DNA of 64,000 nt from the NCBI GenBank assembly GCA_964016885.1, contig OZ024740.1:92318001-92382000 (forward strand). Reading direction: 5' to 3'. Within the stretch, counting starts at the first letter, position 1, and each line of letters opens with the position of its first letter. Positions 1 to 13,408 of this stretch are shown here, piece by piece. The position numbers were made by a program, and so were the translations under genes. The notes under the pieces are model-generated. The model was not told the DNA's origin, did no database searches, and was given only the letters and a program-made list of their open reading frames with translations. The stretch comes from Eledone cirrhosa. Its lineage: Eukaryota.

Positions 1-556
1 ACCCCTATCGATGTGCTGAACGAGTGTGACGTTTTAGTCCAGCCAGTGACTTGAAAACTCTGGTACAAACACTACACTTGTGACAATTATTGACACATAG
101 TGCTGGGCCCATGGTACTATGTGACGACAAGTCCATATAGATCTCCAGATATAAAGCAATGCCTGTGCCGTGAAGCTTTTATAGTGAGCAAAGGCACTGC
201 ACAAAGCCAGTCCCACTCTCTTAACCAAGATGATATTTACCAAAAAGAAGAACAAGTCAACATCATTGGATACCATCAGGGTTGCAGGTGTTATATCAGA
301 GTTTTCCTTCTCCTAGAATTCTGCCTTGACAATAGCTAAGGGGTCATCTCTCTCGGTGATTTAGGATGTCCATTGACTCTTACGAGCTCCTATGCCCTTT
401 GACAGGTTTTGTTTTTCGTCCTACAGGATGTCCAAAGTCACCCTCCTCACCAAGAAACCTTGGTGGGATTGCCAGTTTAGTCGCCAACGACCCGACCATG
501 AGACAGGTTGTACTGGGATACATGTTACCACTTGCACCAACTGGTGATCTGACATT
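1..556 (-). mobile_element. Probable 5' UTR fragment of an RTE-clade LINE, running off the window start
   Basis: Minus strand has aggcagaattctaggagaaggaaaactctgatataacacc, resembling a segment I recall from RTE 5' regions; GC-richer than flanks; candidate HDV-like fold at its 5' end (472-550). Confidence 0.4.
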
Positions 557-653
557 ATATATATATGCAAAAGTTCTATTTAAAATTGTTGGGATACAAC
601 AAGTAAATATTTTTATAACTGATATAAAGCACTAGACAAGTATTTGGAGTGGA

Positions 654-2392
654 TATACGATATTAATAAATGGAAACTTTATTTATAAAACCATATTTTT
701 TTCATTATACATATTTCAGGGATACCAAATTAAATTATGGTATTCCTTCATCAGACAAAATACAATATATAACAGTTTTACAAATAAGCTTTGACGTACC
801 CTTTTAAAATGCAACCATTATTTTTGGAAGCCATCTGGATAGTGAATTGTTTATATTATTTTAATAAGTCTTAGTGTTAAGGACAATTAGAAAAAGACGG
901 AGAGAAAGAAAAAAGACGGAAAGAGAGAAAAAAGAAAAAGAGGATAAATTTCTATACTAAATATATGAAACATATTATTTTAACTTAAGATACTCTAGAG
1001 TGTTTTTAAAGATATTTAATGTTTTGATATCTCTAGAATTCGTTTGTCCTTTAGACTATACTGATATAATTGTATTTCCCAAATATAATCCTTTGGTATT
1101 TTAAATTTATATTGTTATAATTATATTTCCAAAGTATAATCCTTTAGTAATATATTGATATTTGATTATCTCTATACAAATGTGTATGTGTGTATTAACA
1201 TGCATATAAAAGTGTTATATGTTTTTTTTATGATTGTATATCTGTCTGTATGTGTACATGAGAGATGCGGGTCTAACAATTGGTGAAGACGCACGCAAAT
1301 ATTTATTTATACATATGTATGTGTATATATATATATGTATATATATGTGTGTGGGTGAGAGTTATGTGTGTGCATGCCTACCCACGCAGTTTTGATTGCA
1401 GATATGCATAATTTTAACAGAATGTTAAATGCATGAATGGTAATCGTATATATGAAGGCATGAATGTTAATCGTAAATATTTATGTATATATACTGTGAA
1501 CTTTTTATAACACAAGGAATGAATAGCAGTGATTAAGAGAAATCATTTGCGTTTTGTATGTCTATATTGTAGACCTGAGTGTGTATTTATATATATATAT
1601 TTGTCTATCTTTGCCGTAAGATAGGGGTTTCTCAAATTTTAGTATATTAATCTCAAGTTTTAAACTAAACATATAATCATTATTAAACAATGTTTAATTT
1701 CTCATATTATATATTTATGTCCCATTCATGAATATTAATATTTATATTTTTATTATTCATTTCATATAAATTGTTAACTCAACTTAATATGACACAGTGT
1801 TCATTATCTCCCCCTCTCTCTATATATTATTTCTGTCTCTTGAGTTTTTCTATCTGTCTGATGACTTGATATCTCTCTGTTGCTTTCCTCTGTTGTTCTT
1901 ATTTCTTTCTTTTTTCTTTTTTTCTTTTTTTCTTTTTTCTTTTTTCTTTTTTCTTTTTTCTTTTTTCTTTTTTTCTTTTTTCTTTTTTCTTTTTTCTTTT
2001 TTCTTTTTTCTTTTTACTTTTTTCTTTCTTTCCTCCTGTCTTTATTTATCTCTCTCTTTTTTCTCCACGCATTTCTCTCTCTCCGATATTTCTCCACGTT
2101 TTTTTCTTTTTCTTTTTTCTCTCTCTCCGTCTTTTTTCTTTCTCTCCGTCTTTTTCTAATTGTCCTTAACACTAAGACTTATTAAAATAATATAAACAAT
2201 TCACTATCCAGATGCCTTCCCAAAATAATGGTTGCATTTTAAAAGGGTACGTCAAAGCTTATTTGTAAAACTGTTATATATTGTATTTTGTCTGATGAAG
2301 GCATACCATAATTTAATTTGGTATCCCTGAAATATGTATAATGAAATAAATATGGTTTTATAAATATAGTTTCCATTTATTAATATCGTATA
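654..2392 (+). mobile_element. Non-coding PLE derivative with ~290-bp inverted pseudo-LTRs
   Basis: 657-945 is the near-exact reverse complement of ~2100-2390; repeat contains an HHR; no ORF inside; right end abuts (TA)n. Confidence 0.7.
2284..2348 (+). ncRNA. Type I hammerhead ribozyme motif (mirror copy on - strand at ~700-762)
   Basis: UAUUUUGU-CUGAUGA(2292)-AGGCAUACCA..UGGUAUCCCU-GAAA(2329)-UAUGUAUA|AUGAAAUA; stems I and II pair, minimal stem III. Confidence 0.7.
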
Positions 2393-2507
2393 TATATATA
2401 TATATATATACATATATATATGAGGTGAGTTTTATTGTAGCACAATAAAGCAATGTAAATATCGGTAAAATAGCACTCCACAGTTTATAGGACACGACTA
2501 TAAATAA

Positions 2508-2689
2508 TTGTTTCTCCTTTAGGCACAAGGCCAGCAATTACCCAATACATCACTGGTACTTTATTGTATCGACCCCGTAAGGATGAAAGGCAAATTTAAC
2601 CTTGGCGGGATTTGAACTCAGATTGTAAAGGGACGTAACTATGCTAGAGCGCATGGCCTCCAACCCTCTACCGATACTGCCAATTCACC
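2508..2689 (-). mobile_element. tRNA-derived SINE
   Basis: Minus strand has A box tggcagtatcgg, B box gttcaaatcc and core gcctttcatccttacggggtcgat; four similar copies in the window. Confidence 0.85.
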
Positions 2690-4099
2690 ATAAGATCAAA
2701 AGATGGTTAAAAGAGTTCCAAGTATGTTATTATGCACATTTCAAAAACAAATATCATCGTGATATGATATTTGCGTTCTCATCAGATAAAATAGGGATAC
2801 ATGATATGAAGCTTAAAAAGCACTTGCGAGCAGTGAAGTGTTAAATCAACATATGAAAAATAAGGTAAGATGGATATATGAGATTGTGAATAAACGAGGG
2901 GGGTAGTAAAAAATAAAGAAGAGGAAGAAAGGAAATAAAGGATGATGGGGGAGGAGTATAAGAAGCAAGGATGAGAGAGGAGGAGAAATGAGTGATAGAG
3001 AGAGAGAAATAGCCTTTACAACTGAGAAAACATGGTCTCACAGAGAGAAATTAAAAAACCGTTGAAAGATAATGGATGATTTAAAAAGAATTTGAAATTA
3101 AAAGTTAATGAGTTTTATGAATGGTGATGTTTATGAATAAAGAAAAAGGAATTAAGAAAACTGATGGACTTAATTGTTATCTTTATTTTGAATTCTTTCA
3201 ATCGGAAAACTCCTCAACTTCGCGGTGGAATTTATCGTGACAATGCCCTTGTTACTGTCTTTAACTGTAACTTAGTTAACATTAATATTATTAACAACAA
3301 TATACTTGATCTATTTAAGCACCATAACCTCAAAATTGAATTTGATAACAACGTCAAACTTGCTAACTTTCTGGATATATCCCTTAATCTTGACACTCGC
3401 CTATATTTCCATTACCATAAAGACAATGATAATCTAAATTGTGTTAATTTTAAATCTAACCACCCTACTAACGTTAACAATTCTATAGTCAGTAATATTG
3501 AAAACAGAATCTCAAATCTATCCTCTAATAAATTTATCTTCGACGTTAATGCCAATTACTATAATAATGCGCTTTCCATAGCGGATTATCCAGATAAAAT
3601 GAAATACTGTAAAGAAACCAATCATCGAAGGACTTATATTAAATTAGTTAATTATTAACATTCCAATAACTTAAATAAAAGACCTAGATACAAACATATG
3701 ATTTGGTATAATGCTCCTTTTTCTATATCTATTACTAGTAATACTCCTAAATTATTATTTAGGGCCTTAGATAAATGCTTACCTCCCTCGCATATCTATA
3801 GTAAGATATTTAACAAACATATAATCAAATTCTCGTATTCCACCACTTCCAACATCTCTAACATTATCTCTAATCACAATAATAACATTTTAAATAATAA
3901 ATTATATCTATCCAACACTGAGCGTCATAATAATAGCAATAGGAATCCCGACGTCAATATTAACTCTAGGCTAGATTCAGTAAATCTAAATATGACGTCA
4001 AACGTAACTTCGTTGAATGTTCATAACACCAATCTAAATCAGGAAACTATAGTTCGTATCGTAAATAACTTCTCCAATCCAACTCCTTCTATAAATAAT

Positions 4100-4268
4100 T
4101 GTTTCTATTTTTTGGCACAAGGCCAGCACTTACCAGTACATTACTGGTACTTTATTTTATCGACCCCGTAAGGATGAAAGGCAAAGTTAACCTCGGCGGG
4201 ATTTGAACTCAGACCATAAAGGGTCGTAACTCTATGATGCAAAGCATGGTGTCCGATACTGCCAATCC
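4100..4268 (-). mobile_element. tRNA-derived SINE inserted into the PLE, with target-site duplication
   Basis: Same family as 2508-2689; flanked by direct repeat actccttctataaataat (4082-4099 and 4269-4286). Confidence 0.9.
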
Positions 4269-5734
4269 ACTCCTTCTATAAATAATACTAGGTCACTTGT
4301 TAATAACTGTTAATTTCTCTAATCGTAAATATAATTGCCCTGTTAGAATAAATGTCCTGTTAATTACCAATGTCTTGATAAAAACTTAGTGTATGAATGT
4401 AAGGTTATAACTGGTACTAATTCTTTTACCTATTTCGGTTCCACTTCCACTTCCTTTAAAGCAAGATTTTATAATCAGAAATTATCTTTTAAATACCAAC
4501 TTAAAAGAACTAACACTCTCGGAACTCATATGGTCCTTAAAAGACAAACATATTAACTATAACATCTCTTAGAGGAAGCTTGCAACACCTTTCCTTGCCG
4601 GAATTCTTCCCTATCAAGAACATGTAATCCGAGAAATTTACCGTTATATCTAATTTTAATTCTATAATAAATAGACGTACGGATTTAGTTTCGCTCTGCT
4701 TGTATAAATCCCATAGAACTTTCTATAAAGTATACATCTAATATCTCAATAACTAATTAGTTTAAAATATTCTTTTCTCAAAGGCTTTTATATCTTTTAC
4801 AAATACACCCATCTTTCTACCTCATTTCACTATATTATATTATACAATTTACTCATTCTATGTCGTTAGAGGTACCCTATCTTTCTTATTTTTATCCATT
4901 CTCTTTTCTTCCTTTTTTCTTTTTTAATTTCTTATCTTTAATCTGTAAATTTTACTTCTCAATTACTTCTTAATTCAAATTTGGCCTTTTCCATTTTTCC
5001 ACTTTTCCTTATATTATTGGAAATTGAAACTATATTTTGTTAATATATAATAATATTACCATTAGAAAATTTTGTAAACACATATACTTTTTGATGTTAG
5101 ATATTTTTTCTTCCTTAAATTTTCATCTTTCTTCTCTGCTTCCGTGCTCATATTAAACCTATTATATACTTTTACATATTACAATACATAAAAACACACT
5201 TAAACCCTAAATAATTCCTCTAAGTTCATAATTCATTCAATTTCTCCTTCTTTCCTATTATATCCTTTATATCCTTAATATGTTTATTTTAATAATACAT
5301 ATTAATAAATTGTTTTTTTCGCACATATTATTAAACCCTTCAATATATAAACCTTAAATAAATACTTTTCTTAATTTCTTTTTCTTTATTCATAAACATC
5401 ACCATTCATAAACCTCATTAACTTTCAATTTCAAATTCTTTAAATTATCCATTATCTTTCAACGGTTTTTTAATTTCTCTCTGTGAGATAATGTTTTCTC
5501 AGTTGTAAAGGCTATTTCTCTCTTTCTATCACTCATTTCTCCTCTTCTCTCATCCTTCAGTCTTATACTGGTCCCCCGTCATCGTTTATTTTCTTTCTTC
5601 ATCTTCCTTATTTTTTCCTACCCCCACTCCTTTTTTCCCTAATCTCATATATCCATCTTGCTTTATTTTTCATATGCTGATTTAACACTTTACTGCTCGC
5701 AAGTGTTTTTTAAGCTTCATATCATGTCTCCCTT

Positions 5735-5801
5735 TTTTATCTGATGAGAACGCAAATATCATCATATGATGATATTTGTTTTTGAAATGTGCATAATAAA
5801 A
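5735..5801 (+). ncRNA. Type I hammerhead ribozyme motif in pseudo-LTR (mirror at ~2722-2792, - strand)
   Basis: UUUUAU-CUGAUGA(5741)-long stem II (CAAAUAUCAUCA/UGAUGAUAUUUG)-GAAA(5784)-UGUGCAUA|AUAAAA. Confidence 0.75.
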
Positions 5802-5847
5802 TACTTGGACTCTTTTAACCATCTTTTGATCTCATATTATATACATA

Positions 5848-5885
<38 letters not shown>

Positions 5886-5892
5886 CATATAT

Positions 5893-5978
5893 GAAAGACG
5901 TAAAATAAGAAAATTATAATAATTAACTTACTTAAGATTCACTCCTAATTATTATAATTTTCTTATTTTACGTCTTTA
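5893..5978. repeat. Fold-back hairpin with ~31-bp arms next to (TA)n
   Basis: aaagacgtaaaataagaaaattataataatta ... taattattataattttcttattttacgtcttt. Confidence 0.8.
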
Positions 5979-6091
5979 ATATAATTGTTCTACATTTTTG
6001 TATTGAACCACAAAGTTACTAAAGCCACACCTATATTTTGCTAGTATAAGTATACTTCTGTATAAATATGTTGGTAGATATACTAATTCTT

Positions 6092-6164
<73 letters not shown>

Positions 6165-6199
6165 GTATATATATATAAATATATATATATATATGTATG

Positions 6200-6330
<131 letters not shown>

Positions 6331-6479
6331 ATACTTTTGGAGGGTCATGTTGCCAATAAGAAACACACGCACCAGTTGCTTTCACTTCAATTTATTATAA
6401 TAAATTTATAATAAATTTATAAATTTATAAATTTTTGGTTGGTTGGTTGGTTCCACAACCATATAGTTGTTTATATATT

Positions 6480-6522
6480 GTCATAGTTCTTTCGTCACAC
6501 ACTCTGTGACCTCTTCAGTGAC
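6480..6522 (-). ncRNA. Minimal hammerhead motif (second copy at 20575-20617, + strand)
   Basis: GUCA-CUGAAGA-G-GUCACA..UGUGAC-GAAA-GAACUA|UGAC. Confidence 0.65.
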
Positions 6523-6723
6523 TGGGGATTCCTTTCTTTGTTTTTGTGCCTCTCCTTTGTTCTGTCCTACGTCATTTTGTTTCTGTGTGTGTGTTGTGTG
6601 CTCAGTCTGCGCATGCGCCACATCCGGGTGTCTGTGTGTGTTTATGTTCATTTATTTATTTGTTTATTTACATGTTACTGGTTGGTTGTTTGTTCTATGT
6701 GTGTGTGTGTTTTCATTTTGTCC

Positions 6724-8330
6724 TTAATTGTAAGTTGTGATGTTGCTGTTCCACTCATATTTTCTATTTAATTTTGGTTGTAATTCTTTTATGTTTATTG
6801 CCTCTGTGATTTGTTTAAACATTGCGTCTTTTCTGTGTGTAGATTCTATTTTTCTTTCTATGTTCTCTAATTTACCCTTGTGTTCTATCTTAGCATGTTG
6901 GTAGAGTACAGATGATTCTTTACTATCTTGAATGTCTCGCCAGTGTTCATTTATCCGTTCCCCTACACTACGAGCTGTCTCACCTATGTACACTATATTT
7001 TTGTCTCTACATTGTACTTCAGTACATCTTATGCTATACACTACATTTCTAGTTTTACATGGGGGCTTATTTTACAGGTTATACATTATTTATCTATACA
7101 TGAGGGTCTTTGAAAAGGGTATGTCTTGCTAATAATTGTTTTTACGGAGGTACCTGGTCTTTCTACTATCTTAATATTGAGTTTATGTTTATCTAGGGCA
7201 CTTCTAAATTTGTAAGCTAATTCACCTCTAGGGGTTGTATCGGTGGATGAAGTGTTTTGCATGTGTCTCTCTAGTTCTTCGGGGTTGCACATGCGGGACA
7301 CGTTTCTCATCACACGTACCAAATCCGCAATCAGTATGTTGATTTTGGTATGGTCCGAAACGGCCGAGTTTCGGTGGATCAGATGTTTGGAAGTCATGGG
7401 TTTGGCATAATGGGAATGGAGGATTTGTTTTTTGTTATTAATGGTCTCTAACCAGAGCTCTGTGTCTAGTACAGGTAATCGATGGTTGGGGTGTTTACTT
7501 GGGTAGTCTATAGTAACTCTAATGCTCTGGTGGATGGAGTTAGCTATTTGCTGGATGCTTTCCATTGTGTTTTTCTCTAGTTCCTGACAGTTCTCTAGTG
7601 GGGGTGTCTTAACTACGATGTTTATATCATCAACGTAGCGGGAGTACATTATCAGGGTTAAGGGGTCTTCGAATTGTTCTTTAAGTTTAAGTTTAAGTCT
7701 ACTGTCCCACCATACCATGAATAAGTTAGCTATGTCGCCTGCAATGCTAACACCAATAGCTGCTCCTTCCTCTTGGGCATATGTTTTTCCATTAAATTTG
7801 AACATATGTTCCTTAAGGGTCAGTTTTATGCTGGCCCCTACCGCATGTGCAATCATTTTCTTCAGTTCATCGTGGGTTTCGGGTGTCCGTATGTCTCTGG
7901 TCCACCCGTTCCATCTATATGTGTGGGTTTTCTTGGCCATTGAGGTAATGGTAGGTGGTCTGCCTCTTGCTGGTCTTGTAGGGCCTAGGTTGCTAAGGTC
8001 ATATGTGTCTATGTAATAATTACTATAGGTAAGTTTAAGTAGGAGTCCCAGCTCACTGGTATCAATCCCACGGAACTCAACATTGCTCTCACTGATCATT
8101 TCTACGCATTTCTCCACAGCACAAATCCACGTCAATAGATGGATACAGGGACACAACATCCATACTACCTATTATGCAGTTTGTTAGGTCCCTAGATCGG
8201 TTACTCTCACTGATTCTGCTGAGGAGGTCCTCAGTGCTGTCACATACATCTGGGGATATTTCAATGATGGGCCGTATGATCAGGGAGAGGAAATAGGACA
8301 GTCTGTAGTTACTAGCAATGTTAGCTCCAC
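6724..8330 (-). pseudogene. Frameshifted PLE reverse transcriptase plus GIY-YIG endonuclease
   Basis: IGSMDVVSLYPSI (ORF 8089-8385); YAQEEGAAIGVSIAGDIANLFMVWWD, YSRYVDD, LPVLD (7086-8159); Cys-rich linker broken by TAA; VYSIRC...VYIGETARS (6724-7041). Confidence 0.9.
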
Positions 8331-8550
8331 AATGACAATATATTAACAAGTATCTGGTTGTGGAACCAACCAACCAACCAACCAAATATTTATAAATTTA
8401 TAAATTCATTATAAATTTATTATAATAAATGGAAGTGAAAGCACTGGTGCGTGTGTTTCTTATTGGAAACATGACCCTCCCAAAGTATAACAATATCGGT
8501 TTCAACATACGATTTCAAATAAAGAATCTTGCTAACCAAATTCAGAAACG

Positions 8551-8588
<38 letters not shown>

Positions 8589-8807
8589 GAGAGGTATAGA
8601 GATTGTTTTAGCAAGAAGCTAACGGCATTCTATAACATATATGCGACTATAACGTCAAGATGGGAAAAGTAGTTAACGAAAGATTTAGGAAAAATAACTC
8701 AAACTCATCTCAAAAGAGAATCAGGATATAAATTCATCCACAGAATTTAGTAAAATCCAGGGAAAATCTATAGACCTTTAACTCATGATAAAATAAAGTT
8801 TGAAACA

Positions 8808-8892
<85 letters not shown>

Positions 8893-8917
8893 ATATATAT
8901 ATATATATGATGTGTGC

Positions 8918-8949
<32 letters not shown>

Positions 8950-8961
8950 TAATATATATTA

Positions 8962-9312
8962 GACTCTTCCCCACACTTTCACTCACTCACTCTCTGCTAC
9001 TCCCTCTCCATCACTTCCTCCCGTTTGACCTGTGCAAAATCCTTTTCATGTTCACATTTCAACAAGGTTGGATGGTCTTTATCTCTCGTCTACTATTTCA
9101 CGGAATTTATGTTCATCGATTTCAAGGTCTTGACTCCTTCTTCCTCACTTTTCGTTGCATTACCATCTTGTTTGTTTACATGTCTCGCTCGTTCCCCCTA
9201 TTTACGTGTCACAACGACTTTCTTTAGCCGTTGCTCGCACCAACCAGAGGCATATGATTTTAAAACCGAAGAAATACCAATGAAGGCTGGAAGATCACTG
9301 ATGAAGGATTAA
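8962..9312 (+). repeat. Diverged single copy of the 16.9-18.8 kb repeat family, with k-turn/pseudoknot motif
   Basis: Shares ctcactcactctctg, cacatttcaac, tttacgtgtc and gccgttgctcgcaccaacc with the tandem unit; embedded in (TA)n. Confidence 0.8.
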
Positions 9313-9321
9313 TTTAATTGA

Positions 9322-10267
<946 letters not shown>

Positions 10268-13200
10268 CAAAGCAAAAACAAAAACGATAACCTACATAAA
10301 AATAACCACTACCACAGTCACCAACAGTCCCCTAAATAGGAAACTTCTTCCTCTTTTTAGCCATAATGAATCTGGCAAAAGAACTGGAAAAAAACATTCC
10401 ACTTATCATCCAGCACCACCCTCCACTATCAGCCCACTGCACAAATTCCCATTGCTGCCATTAACAAACAAACAAACAAATTAACAACACACCAAAACAA
10501 TTAAAACCATCCACTCTCGCCTCAACCTTTTTGCTTAACGCCCAAGGCATCAGCCCTTCCCCCAACACTCAAAAATGGAAGATCAAATTCCTGGAGGACT
10601 GGGTTGATGTATATCCAAACCCCTTCCCTTTCTTCGGCCTCACTGAAACCCATCTCAGTAACCTCCACTTGGAAGCCGAGGTGAAAGTGAAAAATTTCAA
10701 ACTCATCCGTGCTGATCGCACTGGCAGAAGAAAGGGTAAGACTGCCATTTATGTCCATAATTCTTTCTCAACAGAGGCTATGAACATATTTTCTAATGGA
10801 TACTGCCAAGCAGTCACTGTTTTCAGTCAAACCAATAACCTAATAGTAGTTGGGGTTTATAGGCCACCCCAAACGCCCTACCATGCTTCAAGGAATTACT
10901 CAACAACATAAAGTGTTTCATCCAATAGTGTCACCCTGCCAACATCTTAATGATGGGAGACATCAACCTCCCCAGAGTTGACTGGTCCACAATCACCCTG
11001 CCACGAGGTTCTTCTGCCTCAACCTCTGATAGGGAAGCAGTGGAATCGCTTCTTGACTTGATGGATGATTTCTTCCTGTCCCAACTGGTGCTCGAACAAA
11101 CGAGTGCCACAAAAACGTCCTAGACTTAATTTCAGCAATCACACTGACTCTATCCACAATATTGCAGTGGAGAAAACTCTACTCTCTGATCATGACATGG
11201 TTCTCTGTGATCTGAGATTCCACCGTCCAATATACAAACCCAACGTCATCTCTCCTGTCCATTCGCTTGACGCTATGGATTTCCACAATGCAAACTGGGA
11301 AGCGATCAGTCATAATCTTGCACATGTCGACTGGCCCTTCTCGCACACTCACACACCCACTAACATCAAAAAGTCCTGGCAGACATTTGTGGACACTGTT
11401 ACAAACATATGTGCAAAACACACCCCATTAAGAACTATAAACAAATCTAAGAGCAGAATCCCTAGAAATATAAAAATGCTCACCAGGAAAATTAAGAGAA
11501 CTAACAAAAAAAACAACAAGCTGAAATACTATCAGCAGTAACACACCAACTTGACTGCCATTTCTTCACTAGAGATTAAAAAACATAACCTCCAAAACAA
11601 TATGATGTCTATCATCAACAATCAGAGAAGAGCTGAAGAGGCCTGGACAATTGAGAAGATCAAACTCAATCCCAAAGTGTTCTTTTCATTTGCAAAAAAA
11701 CACAATATCACTGGCTCTACTGTTGGCCCTCTAATTGATGAAAATGGCACTCTTCAAGTTAATGCTAAAACCATGGGTGAGATACTGCAGAAACAATACT
11801 GCTCTGTTTTCAGCAATCCTGATATGGCCGATCTGGGCTGTATCGGCGATGTTACTCCCCATTACACCTTATCGGACATAACGTTTGGCGCCCCTGATGT
11901 CTTAGCGGCAATACAGGAAATCAAGCATAATTCAGCAGTAGGTCCCGATAGGTTCCCTGCTTGTGTCTTGAAGGCGTGTCAACACCAACTTGCATCTCCT
12001 CTTGCCAAACTGTGGCGGAACTCACTGGATGCTGGATATGTACCAGAACACCTTCTATCCCAGTCTGTTGTCCCAGTTTTCAAAAAAGGAAACAAATCCC
12101 TTGCCGTGAATTACCGTCCAATCTCACTCACCTCTCATATCATTAAGGTATTTGAGAGATTGGTGAGTTCGCGAATGACTCACTTCCTTGAGAGTAACAA
12201 TATGCTGAACTGCCACCAGCATGGATTCCGTAATGGAAGGGATTGCCTGACGCAGCTACTGCATCACTTTGATGACATTTTGAGAGCATTGGGAGAGGGT
12301 TCCCAAACTGATGTTATCTACCTTGATTTCAGCAAGGCCTTTGACAGGGTTTATCACAACATTTTACTGAGAAAGCTGTCCAATATTGGTGTCACTGGAA
12401 AACTGTTGTGGTGGATCAAGTGCTTACTGTCAAACAGAACCCAACATTTTGTAGTCGAAGGAGTCAAATCCAGCCCAAAGTCAGTAATGGGGTCCCACAA
12501 GGCACTGTGTTGGGCCCATTTCTCTTCATAATCTAACAACATCAGAGGCTTGGGTGTAACTGTGGACAGCAACATAAGCTGGGCCACGCATATAAGCAGC
12601 AAAGTTGACATGGCCCGCAGAATGTGTTCCTGGATCCTCAGAACCTTCCAGTCGAGAGATTCCCACACCATTATCCTTCTCTTCTCCACTTTTGCCCGAC
12701 CTCACCTTGAATACTGTTGTCCAGAGTCGTCTCCCCACACGAAACAAAGTAACATGAAACTTGAAGCTCCCTAAAGGGCAATAACGAAAATTATAGATGG
12801 CATGTCAGACCTTGACTACTGGGGTCAACAAGAAAAGCTGCAACTTTACTCACTCCAAAGTCGCCGTGAGCGTTATATTATCTGCATGATGTGGAACATG
12901 TTTCATCAGCACTGCCCAAATTATGTTGGCATCACCTTCAAAATACACCCAAGGCTTGAGCCCCGGGCTATCCGTCCCAAACAAAAATCTAAATCGCAAC
13001 TTATAACAACAATACGGCACAATTATTTCACCTCAATTGGCCCTGTACTCTTCAACATCACACCAGGACACGTCAAAACAGAAACTGACCACACGAAATT
13101 CAAGAAGTCTTTGGACAAATTCCTCCAAGTAATCCCGGACAAACCACCCACACCCGGATATGTCTCCGCAAAAAGTAATTCCCTCCTCGAAGGGGCCATG

Positions 13201-13301
13201 GTGCCCAAATCCTGAATTGAAAGACTTCGCCAGGTGGTGCTATTAGGTTAGAGATGGCCTGGGCCAATACTGGCCAAAACATTTCAAAGTTACTCAAAGC
13301 T
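10268..13301 (+). mobile_element. Decayed CR1/L2-group LINE (APE endonuclease plus RT) with internal deletion
   Basis: APE motifs LNAQG, LTETHL, GVYRPP, MGDINLP, SDHDMV; RT motifs VGPDRFP, YRPISLTS, QHGFRNGR, YLDFSKAFDRV; YADD region missing at ~12530; 3' hairpin ggcca-atac-tggcc and tcaaag repeats. Confidence 0.9.
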
Positions 13302-13323
13302 ATATATATATATATATATATAA

Positions 13324-13408
<85 letters not shown>

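Larger units (their letters stand above)
2422..5836 (+). mobile_element. Decayed PLE (GxYRD-type RT plus GIY-YIG) with ~470-bp inverted pseudo-LTRs
   Basis: ORF 3164-3658 (GGIYRDNAL, NFLDISLNL, SNHP), ORF 3698-4171 (IWYNAPFS), broken endonuclease at ~4330-4730; 2690-3160 is inverted relative to 5366-5832; extra tail at 2422-2500. Confidence 0.85.

Noticed and set aside
6530-8330. Selenoprotein recoding, as reported for some Naiad PLEs
   Set aside because: The interruption at 7086 is TAA, the others are frameshifts, and I see no SECIS-like hairpin in the 3' UTR.
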